Positions 30,095-37,548 of a DNA stretch of 46,126 bases are shown one piece after another (position 1 is the first letter of the stretch; the number at the start of each line of letters is the position of its first letter). The position numbers and the translations under genes are program-made. The notes beneath the pieces were generated by a model. It saw only the letters and a program-made list of their open reading frames with translations, searched no databases and was not told where the DNA came from. The stretch comes from Steroidobacteraceae bacterium (GTDB lineage: Bacteria > Pseudomonadota > Gammaproteobacteria > Steroidobacterales > Steroidobacteraceae): contig DASPOP010000310.1 in NCBI GenBank assembly GCA_035625955.1, forward strand, positions 1 to 46,126, given 5' to 3'.

Positions 30095-30672
30095 GCCGCC
30101 GGCGCGGTCGTCCCCGGCCCCTGGTGCCGGTCTTGTTGTGGGGCTTGAGCTTTTGGGGCTTCGATTGCGCCGGCGCCGCGCAACCCGCGGCCCCGGTGCC
30201 CGCGAGTGCGCTGCAGGCCTGTGCGGAGATCGGCAGCTCCGCCGAGCGCCTCGCCTGCTACGACCGGCTCGCCGGACGAGTCCCGCCGCCATCGCCCCAG
30301 GCGGGGGCGCCCGCGGCTGCGGTCCGAGCGTCATCCGGCGCTGCTGCGCCGTCTTCCCCTTCGCCGCCACAGGATGCCGGGGCGCCGCCCTCCCCCCCGC
30401 CGCCGCAGACTGAATCCTTCGGCCTCTACCACGCCGAGCATCCCGCTCCTCCTCCCACGGCCAAATCTCTCACGGCCCGGGTCGTCGGGCTCGGCGTGAG
30501 CTCGAACGGCCGGACGACCGTCACACTGGAGGGAGGGGAGCTCTGGGAGCTCGATGACGCGGATCCGGTGCTGGCGCAAGGGGATTCCGTGACGATCACG
30601 CGGGCCGCATTCGGGTCCTTTCTCATGACCACCCCCAGCCGGCGCACGCATCGCGCCCACCGCCTGCGCTGA
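30091..30672 (+). CDS. Exported Pro/Ala-rich protein of unknown function (ERLACYD motif plus small C-terminal beta-rich domain)
   Basis: ATG 30091 overlaps the hydroxylase stop (ATGA). Signal peptide MSRRRGRPRPLVPVLLWGLSFWGFDCAGAA. Approximately 80-aa Pro-rich linker. C-terminal TVTLEGGELWELDD...GDSVTITRAAFGSFLM. I recall this layout from hypothetical gammaproteobacterial proteins but cannot name a family. Confidence 0.6.
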   Translation: MSRRRGRPRPLVPVLLWGLSFWGFDCAGAAQPAAPVPASALQACAEIGSSAERLACYDRLAGRVPPPSPQAGAPAAAVRASSGAAAPSSPSPPQDAGAPPSPPPPQTESFGLYHAEHPAPPPTAKSLTARVVGLGVSSNGRTTVTLEGGELWELDDADPVLAQGDSVTITRAAFGSFLMTTPSRRTHRAHRLR

Positions 30673-30674
30673 GG

Positions 30675-30705
30675 CAAAAAAAACGGCGGGCCCGAGGCCC
30701 GCCGT
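30675..30705 (-). terminator. Rho-independent terminator for the minus-strand TonB-dependent receptor transcript
   Basis: A 9-bp GC stem ACGGCGGGC/GCCCGCCGT (30683-30705, 5-nt loop). On the minus strand it is followed by an 8-nt T-run (complement of A-run 30675-30682). It lies 28 nt after the receptor stop. It may also act as a weaker bidirectional stop for the plus-strand gene ending at 30672. Confidence 0.8.
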
Positions 30706-30732
30706 CTGAGGTCTGCGTACCTGATCTAAGCG

Positions 30733-33700
30733 CTAGAACTGTGCCGTCAGGTGGACGAAGACATAGCGACCCATCGCATCGTAGGTTCCCGGCCAGGTAT
30801 TGCCGTTGCAGGAGCTGCCGGACGGACCGGTGGCAATGTTCGGGCACTCGGATGCGTATCCGCCGCCGTTGGAATTGACGATCGGCGGGTCCTTGTCGAG
30901 GATGTTGTTGATGCCGAGCTGCATGCGCACGATCTTGCCGAGGGCCAGTGACCCCTGCAGGTCGATCCAGTTGTACGCGGAAATGTGCGACGTGAAGGGC
31001 AGAGCGTTACCGGCCAGCTGCGGGTTGGAGCTCGTCTGCTCCGCGGCCGCCGAGCCGATATAGCGCCACCGCAGGCCGATATCCGCCCCGTCCCATGGGG
31101 TTGCCCAGGTCACGTTCATGACATGCCGCCAGCTCGGGTCGGAGGCGCCGCAGATGCCGCCGAAATATCCGACGCAGTCGTAAGTCGGTCCATTGGTCAG
31201 CGGCTGCGATGTCAGATTGTTGAGCCACGTGCCTTCGAGCGCGAAGGACAGCGACCCGGCCGCCGGCAGCGGTACGCGGTAGCTCGCCTTGAGGTCGATG
31301 CCCTTGGTTGCCAGCGAGCCGGCATTGGTGTTCAGGTCGGAGATGAATCCGTCCGGCGAGCGCCACAACGTGCCGCCCGGCCCGCGATGCACCGCATTGC
31401 AGTAGGTCGGGTCGCCAGACGAGATGCAGTTCAGCAGGATGGTATCGCCGCCGATCGCGCCGACCGTGCCCTTGAGCTTGATGTTGAAGTAGTCCACCGA
31501 CACGCTCAGATTCGGCACGAAGCGCGGCGCGAAGACGAAGCCGACCGAGTAGGTATCGGCGGTTTCCGGGGTGAGGTTAGGATTGCCGCCGAGCAAGCCG
31601 TTGTACTGGGCCGCCGGATTCGGCGCGATGTTGCCGTACTGGGCGGCGGTAACGCCCGAGTGCGCGCACTGCGCGGCCGAGACCCCGGTGGTGAGCAGGT
31701 TGTTCGGATTCGGTGCGGGGGCGATCGCAGCCGCGCACGGGTCCTGCGTGCCATCCAGCAGCACAGCCTGCGGGAAGAACAGCTCGCCGATGTTGGGGAC
31801 ACGTACGGCACGCTGGTAACTGCCGCGCAGACGCAGGTCCTTTACGGGCGCCCACTCGAGCCCGAGTTTGTAGGTACTGGTGTTGAACCCGACGGTGTAG
31901 TCGGAATACCGGTAACCGCCTTCCAATGCCAGCGTGTCCGCGAAGGCCTGGTGGCTCGCGAGCGGCAGGCGCACCTCAGTGAACACCTCCGATACGTGGA
32001 AGTCACCGGAGACCGGCTTGGTCGGACCGCCGGAGCCGGCGGCATTGCCGAGCTGGCTCTCGAGGTCCGGCAGGAAGTTCGCGGACTCGCCGCGCCATTC
32101 GGCGCCGACGTCTACCTGCATACCTTCGTCGGCGGAGGGCAATTTGATGCCGTACTTGCCGAGATCGCCGCTGATGGAACCGGAGACCACCTCCTCGGTG
32201 ACGGTTGCCTCGATCAGCAGCGGGATCGACAGGTACTGCACCGCCGCAGGCGTCACGCCGCCCGGTACCCAGATGTTCCACGGCACGCAGGCCTTATCGG
32301 TGCCGTTGTAGACGGACTGGCACTCGGGCTGACCCGCGAGCGGATTCGCGTTGCCGTTCGGCAGCAGCGCCGGGCCCGTAATCACGTCCAGCGCGTTCTG
32401 GATGTTGGCGTTGGAGAGGTAGTTGAGGTTGCCGTTGTTGTTATCCACCGTGCCGTGCTGGGCATAGACGTCGTATCTCCAGGCGTCGTTGATATCGCCC
32501 TTGGCTCCGACCACCACGCGGAATGCGTTGGTGACGAACGTCGCGATACGGGGACCGCCCTCGACGTTGCGGCGACCGATGTAGACCTGGGAGCTGGTCG
32601 CGCCGCCCGGACACAGGGCGGCCACTTCCCCCGCGGTGAGCAGCGGGTCGTTGCAGGGAATGTTCGAGAGCAGGAAGAAGTCGCCGCTCGGCGCGATCTG
32701 CGCCAGAGTGCTGTTGCGCGCGTACATGAACTCCGAATAGACGTTCACGTGCGAGTTGACGTCATAGTTCACGAATGCACCGGACGTCCAGCGCTCGTTG
32801 GGCCGCTCGTAGTAATTCAGCGGACCGAAGTTGTAGAGGTCATTGCTCGTGAAGGGCCGGAACGTCCCGGTGAGACCGTCGACGGTGAAGGGGCCGAGCG
32901 GAGTCGAGGGAGCATTGTTGGCATAGCCCAGGAAGTAGCCGCCGGCGCCATTCTTGGCCGAGGTTCCCGAGCCGCCGCACTTCAGCGGCGTGGCGCCGGC
33001 GTGCGCGTCCAGCACGCAGGCGGAGTAGTCGTACGATTTCTGCAGTACGGCTCCCTGATTGTCGTAGGTGGCGTAGAAGGTCGCATTGCCCTTGTCGTCG
33101 GCGAAGTTCGAGCCCATGAGGATCGAGAGGCTCTTGTGGAAGCCCGTGTTGACTTCGCTGGGAGGCAGCGGATCGCCCGCGGCCGTGACGTACTGCTGCG
33201 TGAAACTGCTGTTGTTGTGCTGGTTGAAACTGTACTCGCCGTCGATCCTGACGCCCTGGAAATGCGTGTTGAGGACGAAGTTGACGACGCCCGCGACGGC
33301 GTCGGCGCCGTACACGGCCGAGGCGCCGCCGGTGAGGATGTCGACCCGCTCGATCAGCGGCGCCGGAACTTCGTTGATATCGGCGAAGTTGCGGCCGTCA
33401 CCCGCGCCCGGGCCGAGACGACGCCCGTTGACCAGAACCAGCGTACGCTGCGCGCCCAGGCCGCGCAGGTCGACCGTGGCGGTACCGTCCGAGCCGTTGG
33501 AGACCGTCGAGTTCTGGCCGGCGAACACCATCGGCAGGTTGTCGAGGATGTCCTCGACGCGAGTCAGACCCGTCGCCTGGATGTCGCTAGCCGCAACCGT
33601 GGTAATCGGGCTGATCGAGGCCTCATTCGGTGTGCGCAGGCGCGTACCGGTGACCACCACTTCCTGGATGGGCGTGGCCGGATTCGCTTGGGCTTCGGCG

Positions 33701-33798
33701 GGGGCTGTCTGCGCGTGCAGCGTCGTGACGCCGGCCGTTGCCGAAACCGTCGCGAGCGCCAAACGCACAGCCTGATTCAAGCTGCGACTGTTCGCCAT
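30733..33798 (-). CDS. TonB-dependent outer-membrane receptor (approximately 1020 aa, large xanthomonad-style TBDR)
   Basis: Signal peptide MANSRSLNQAVRLALATVSATAGVTTLHAQ. Plug motifs EVVVTGTRL, ATGLTRVEDIL and DLRGLG...TLVLVNGRR. Terminal beta-strand ending in ...VHLTAQF. Start trimmed to ATG 33798. Confidence 0.93.
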   Translation of the reverse strand: MANSRSLNQAVRLALATVSATAGVTTLHAQTAPAEAQANPATPIQEVVVTGTRLRTPNEASISPITTVAASDIQATGLTRVEDILDNLPMVFAGQNSTVSNGSDGTATVDLRGLGAQRTLVLVNGRRLGPGAGDGRNFADINEVPAPLIERVDILTGGASAVYGADAVAGVVNFVLNTHFQGVRIDGEYSFNQHNNSSFTQQYVTAAGDPLPPSEVNTGFHKSLSILMGSNFADDKGNATFYATYDNQGAVLQKSYDYSACVLDAHAGATPLKCGGSGTSAKNGAGGYFLGYANNAPSTPLGPFTVDGLTGTFRPFTSNDLYNFGPLNYYERPNERWTSGAFVNYDVNSHVNVYSEFMYARNSTLAQIAPSGDFFLLSNIPCNDPLLTAGEVAALCPGGATSSQVYIGRRNVEGGPRIATFVTNAFRVVVGAKGDINDAWRYDVYAQHGTVDNNNGNLNYLSNANIQNALDVITGPALLPNGNANPLAGQPECQSVYNGTDKACVPWNIWVPGGVTPAAVQYLSIPLLIEATVTEEVVSGSISGDLGKYGIKLPSADEGMQVDVGAEWRGESANFLPDLESQLGNAAGSGGPTKPVSGDFHVSEVFTEVRLPLASHQAFADTLALEGGYRYSDYTVGFNTSTYKLGLEWAPVKDLRLRGSYQRAVRVPNIGELFFPQAVLLDGTQDPCAAAIAPAPNPNNLLTTGVSAAQCAHSGVTAAQYGNIAPNPAAQYNGLLGGNPNLTPETADTYSVGFVFAPRFVPNLSVSVDYFNIKLKGTVGAIGGDTILLNCISSGDPTYCNAVHRGPGGTLWRSPDGFISDLNTNAGSLATKGIDLKASYRVPLPAAGSLSFALEGTWLNNLTSQPLTNGPTYDCVGYFGGICGASDPSWRHVMNVTWATPWDGADIGLRWRYIGSAAAEQTSSNPQLAGNALPFTSHISAYNWIDLQGSLALGKIVRMQLGINNILDKDPPIVNSNGGGYASECPNIATGPSGSSCNGNTWPGTYDAMGRYVFVHLTAQF

Positions 33799-34044
33799 GT
33801 TTTCTCCCCTAACTAGAAATGCGAATGGAATTACAAACGCCAATCGAGTCCAGCACCCCGCGCGTTACCGGGTGGTTCGTCTTTTGATCTCCACTCCCGG
33901 CGCGCCCCTGCTGGGACGGCGCGCATTACAGCATGGTGCCCGAGTGTTGCCAAGCAGCAGCGGGGGCCGCAAGAGCGCCGAGCCGTTGCTTTCCGGTTCG
34001 CGCGCCCTCAGTTCTCATTCTGTTGCAGATTAGCAACAGGCTGT

Positions 34045-34695
34045 TCAGACGAACCAGCAGTTGGCGGCAACCGTGATCCGCACGTCGCGGCCGTAGAAAG
34101 GCGTCACCTCGTGGAACACGTAGGAAGGAAAGATGACGAGCTGGCCTTCTTCGAGGCGCAATTCCCGGGTTTTGACTGCAAACGGCGCGCGCAACCGGCG
34201 GTTGCCGGCGTCGAGGTAAGCATCGGCGCCGATGCGGGGATCCATGAAGCGCAGGACTCCGCTCTCGGGCCGGTCGGCGGGGCGCTCTCCCGCGCGAACG
34301 CAGTACACGGCCGACCAGGAAGCCAGCGGGTGGTTGTGGGCCACGAAGGACCCCGCGTAGCGGCTCACGTGGAACCAGGTGTGATTGTGCATCTGCAGCC
34401 GGGCCAGTTCCTCGGGCGGCACGTCCGAGGTCTCCACGGCGGTGCGTGCGACACAGTCGAGCACGAACGACCGCAGCTCCTGCACGCAGCGCTCGGACCA
34501 AAGGAACAGGTTGAAGCGGCTCTCGAACGTCTCCCGCTGCGGCACGTGCGAAGGCGTAGGGTTGCGATACTCATCGGTCTCGCGGGCCAGGAACAAGGCC
34601 TCGAGCTCGCGGTTGAGGCGCTCGCAGTGCGGCAGGCGTGCCTCCCCGAAGGGCACGGCGAACCCGGGGCTCACGCGGACCGCTACGTTCACCAT
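34045..34695 (-). CDS. Small putative 2OG-Fe(II) oxygenase (TIGR02466/PF13759-like pattern), paralogue 1 with intact His motifs
   Basis: 216 aa. Motifs VAHNHPLASWSAVYCV ... RFMDPR ... LVIFPSYVFHEV ... RITVAAN match my recollection of this cupin-like family. The rest of the 475-aa track ORF is out-of-frame shadow. Confidence 0.65.
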   Translation of the reverse strand: MVNVAVRVSPGFAVPFGEARLPHCERLNRELEALFLARETDEYRNPTPSHVPQRETFESRFNLFLWSERCVQELRSFVLDCVARTAVETSDVPPEELARLQMHNHTWFHVSRYAGSFVAHNHPLASWSAVYCVRAGERPADRPESGVLRFMDPRIGADAYLDAGNRRLRAPFAVKTRELRLEEGQLVIFPSYVFHEVTPFYGRDVRITVAANCWFV

Positions 34696-35375
34696 GGCGG
34701 CATGGACTGCTGTCCGCCGTGCACAAGGTCGGGGTGCGCAAAGCGGGCGCGGGCCGTGATCAGCAGCAGGTCGGCGTCGGAGCGGTTCAGGGCGATCTCG
34801 TGCAGGACCCAGGCGGGAAATACCGCCATCTGGCCTGGAACGGGCCGCCACATGTGGTGCGCGCCGCCGAACGGCGGGCGCAGGCGCCAGTTCGCGGCGT
34901 CCATGAACATCGTTCCCTGGCGGAGCGCGTACAGCCGCAGAGCGCCGCTGTCGCCGCGCGCGGGAGCCGGCGGAGGCGCTGCGACACAGTAGACCGCGCA
35001 CCAGGAGGCCATCGGCACGTTTGCCGCAGGCACGCAGCCGTCGGGACGCACGAGAACGAAGCGGGCACGCACCTGGACACCCAGGGCGTCGAACTCGGCC
35101 TCGGAATACAGATTGGCGGCCATGACGGCGGCGCACAGCCCCGCCAGCATCTCCTGCCTGAATTCGGTCACCGCCTCGTGCTCCCAGTCGAGCAGGTTCT
35201 CGCGGCTGCGAAAGCAGAGCGGATCCGGCGGCGCCGAGGCATCGCGATGCTCCTCGGTAGTGCGGCCGGCACACAGAGTCGCCAGGGCACCGTTGAAGAC
35301 GCTTGACCCTGCGAGCTGGACCGCCGCGAACGGGGTGGCGAAGATCGGCACGAGAGCGGCGGCGGGCGCATTCAT
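34689..35375 (-). CDS. 2OG-oxygenase-like paralogue 2, with a degenerate metal-binding motif
   Basis: 228 aa, alignable to paralogue 1 (PMASWCAVYCV, AVFPAWVLHEI). H-N-H is replaced by A-N-V and DPR by ALR. It overlaps paralogue 1 by 7 nt (ATGGTGA). Confidence 0.6.
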   Translation of the reverse strand: MNAPAAALVPIFATPFAAVQLAGSSVFNGALATLCAGRTTEEHRDASAPPDPLCFRSRENLLDWEHEAVTEFRQEMLAGLCAAVMAANLYSEAEFDALGVQVRARFVLVRPDGCVPAANVPMASWCAVYCVAAPPPAPARGDSGALRLYALRQGTMFMDAANWRLRPPFGGAHHMWRPVPGQMAVFPAWVLHEIALNRSDADLLLITARARFAHPDLVHGGQQSMPPW

Positions 35376-36853
35376 AGGCGGTCTGCTGCCAGGTAGTCGG
35401 CGAGCGAGGCAAGCTCGCGCCGGTAATGACGCGAGCGCCCCGAGGCGCGTGCGTACACCGGCTCACGCACACCCCATACGCTCGCGGTCTTCACGGCACC
35501 TGCACGTGAGCGGGGCACCAGGCACGCCTCGTCCCAGTCGAGATGGCAGAAGGCGAGCAGTCGCTGCATCGCGGCGCGCGGATCGGACACCAGCGTATCG
35601 TAGTTGAAGTCCAGGACATCATCACCGAAGAGCGCCCGCCAGTGCGCCATCAGTCGCCGGTACTCGCGGAAGTAATGGCCGGTGTCGAGCAGATCGAGCG
35701 CGTAATTCAGGCGTTGATCCAGGTGCGCGAAGAAGATCGACAGGCAGGTGTCGAGCGGGTCGCGCGTCGTGTGAACGATCAGCGCGTCCGGGAACAGCAG
35801 CTTGATCAAGCCGATGTAGACGAAGTTGTCGGGCCGTTTGTCGGTCACGTGAGCGGCACCCGGAAACAGCCGCGCCAGGCCCGCACGGTACTGCTCTGCC
35901 ACCTGCCGCAGCCGCGCCCCGGAAACCGAGCTCATCATCTGCGGAAATGGGGCCAGCAGCGAGCGCACGAGGTGGGGCAGGAGCTCGAGCTCGCCGCCGG
36001 CGGTGACGAGCGGATGCGCGGCCAGCAGCTGCTCGGCGAGCGTCGAGCCCGAGCGGAACATGCCGCAGATGAAGATCGGGCGTGGAGCTCCCGCCGTTGG
36101 CGGCGGGCTCTCCCCGCCGATGCTCGCGGTCCGCTCGCGGAAGGTGCGAATCAGCTCGTCGGTGAAACGCTCCTGGCTCGCGCGATCGTAGCGCGGCGCG
36201 GCGGGAGCACTCGCGCGGCTCTCACGGTTTGCGGCCTCGTAAGCGGCGAACGCTGCACCGTACTCGCCGCAGGAGTCGAGGGCCGCGCCCAGGGCAAAAC
36301 CCAGGCTGGCGCGCTCGGGAGCGCCCGCCGCGGGGTCGGCAAGCGCGGCGCGCAGACGCCCGATCAGCGGGTCGTCGGGCCGCTCCACCCGATGCAGCCC
36401 CGCCGAGCGCGCCAGGCTCTCGAAGGCGCGGGGCTCGAGCTCGAGGATGCGTGCGTAGGTCGCGAGCGCCTCCTCGCGCCGCCCGAGATCCTCGTGCAGG
36501 TTGGCGAGATTCTGCAGCGCCGGCAGGTAGCCCGGGTTGAGCGACAGGGCCGACCGCAGCTCGCGCTCGGCGGCGGCGTCCTGGCGCAGGTGATCGGCGA
36601 GAATCACTCCGCGGTTGAGATGGACCTCCTCGGGCTGCCGTACGCCGCGCGCGAGTGCCTGGGCATAGGAGGCGAGCGCCTCGTCGAAGCGGCGGAGCTT
36701 GCACTGCAGAAGTCCCAGGTTGTACCAGCAGTCGGGGAGGTCCGGCCAGCGCGCCAGAATCCGCTCGTAAGCGGCCGCGGCTTCCGCCAGGCTTCCGAGC
36801 TGCTCGAGCCGCGCGGCCTCGCGCAGCAGCGCAGGCTGGCCGGACTCGCTCAT
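35372..36853 (-). CDS. TPR-repeat protein fused to a PAPS-type sulfotransferase domain (paralogue B, 493 aa)
   Basis: N-terminal TPR-like repeats (AYERILARWPDLPDCWYNLGLL...). Sulfotransferase motifs ICGMFRSGSTLAEQLLAAHP and LIVHTTRDPLDTCLSIFF. Start trimmed to ATG 36853, which overlaps the pgl stop (ATGA). Its own stop overlaps the next start (ATGA). Confidence 0.8.
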   Translation of the reverse strand: MSESGQPALLREAARLEQLGSLAEAAAAYERILARWPDLPDCWYNLGLLQCKLRRFDEALASYAQALARGVRQPEEVHLNRGVILADHLRQDAAAERELRSALSLNPGYLPALQNLANLHEDLGRREEALATYARILELEPRAFESLARSAGLHRVERPDDPLIGRLRAALADPAAGAPERASLGFALGAALDSCGEYGAAFAAYEAANRESRASAPAAPRYDRASQERFTDELIRTFRERTASIGGESPPPTAGAPRPIFICGMFRSGSTLAEQLLAAHPLVTAGGELELLPHLVRSLLAPFPQMMSSVSGARLRQVAEQYRAGLARLFPGAAHVTDKRPDNFVYIGLIKLLFPDALIVHTTRDPLDTCLSIFFAHLDQRLNYALDLLDTGHYFREYRRLMAHWRALFGDDVLDFNYDTLVSDPRAAMQRLLAFCHLDWDEACLVPRSRAGAVKTASVWGVREPVYARASGRSRHYRRELASLADYLAADRL

Positions 36854-37548
36854 CGCGCCACCGGCGGCGCGGCCGCTGCGTCCACCCACAGCTCGACCCG
36901 GCCGCACCCTGCAACCGCACGCCAGGCGGTGAGCGCGGGATCGTGCGCGAGGAGTCTCTCCACGGCGTCGCGCTTGTCGGCGCCGGCCACCACGAACACC
37001 GGTTCCGCCACCTGCGCGAGGAGCTCCGGGGTCACGCTCACCGCCGACATGCCATCGGGGCGGTGTACGGCAAGGGCCAGACGCCCGCGGGCGCGCTCGA
37101 GGTCCGCTGCCCCGAAGAGCGAAGCGGTGTGCCCGTCGGCGCCGAGGCCGAGAAGCCCAAGCCCGACGCGCGTGCCGGACCGCAGCAGCGCGGCGAGCTG
37201 ATCCTGGTAGTCGCGGGCGGCATCTTCGAGCGGCAGCTCGGTGCGCACGCGCAGTACCGCGGCGGCAGGCAAGGCGAGCGCGGTGAGCAGCGGCTGCGCC
37301 TGGGTGTAGTTGCTCGCCGGCGAGTCGGGCAGGACGTGACGATCATCGGAGAACAGCACGCGGAGCCCTGCCGCGTGCGCAAGGCCCGGCCGCGCAGCCA
37401 GCGCGCGGTACACCGGCAGTGGGGTGGTTCCGCCGGAAAGCATCAGCGCCGCCGCGGGCGGCGCCGCGATCGCCCGTGCCAGGCGCTCCTCGAGAGCGGA
37501 CTCGAGCGCCGCGCGCGAGGCGAAGCGGCGGGTGGCGAGCTCGGTCAC
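36850..37548 (-). CDS. pgl: 6-phosphogluconolactonase
   Basis: LMLSGGTTPLPVY, FSDDRHV and GLGADGHTASLF are typical of Pgl/NagB-fold lactonases. GTG start 37548 overlaps the protease stop (GTGA). Confidence 0.85.
   Translation of the reverse strand: MTELATRRFASRAALESALEERLARAIAAPPAAALMLSGGTTPLPVYRALAARPGLAHAAGLRVLFSDDRHVLPDSPASNYTQAQPLLTALALPAAAVLRVRTELPLEDAARDYQDQLAALLRSGTRVGLGLLGLGADGHTASLFGAADLERARGRLALAVHRPDGMSAVSVTPELLAQVAEPVFVVAGADKRDAVERLLAHDPALTAWRAVAGCGRVELWVDAAAAPPVAR

Noticed and set aside
33937-33952. A sigma-54-like GG-N10-GC element (TGGCAACACTCGGGCA, minus strand) upstream of the TBDR.
   Set aside because: The -12 region reads GGGCA rather than TTGCA/T, and the -24 region deviates after TGGCA. 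No enhancer-binding protein gene is nearby. It is too weak to call as a feature and is mentioned only within the leader finding.
33926-34018. A 30-codon ORF (MRTEGARTGKQRLGALAAPAAAWQHSGTML) in the TBDR leader, considered as a possible precursor peptide for the modifying enzymes.
   Set aside because: It has no Shine-Dalgarno sequence upstream. It is just the tail of a longer shadow ORF. It has no Tyr/Asp/Asn-rich or Cys-rich core that would suit sulfation or hydroxylation. It is kept only as a remote possibility.
33799-34044. A known riboswitch (cobalamin, TPP, glycine, c-di-GMP, guanidine) in front of the TonB-dependent receptor.
   Set aside because: None of the conserved cores I can recall (for example the B12 box or the TPP CUGAGA/ACCUGA motifs) is present. 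Only generic GC hairpins were seen. A covariance-model scan is needed for certainty.
26738-36853. Interpretation of the accessory cluster as a recently acquired genomic island.
   Set aside because: The borders have no integrase, transposase, tRNA or flanking direct repeats. By eye the GC content and codon style match the flanks. One border is a translational overlap with pgl.
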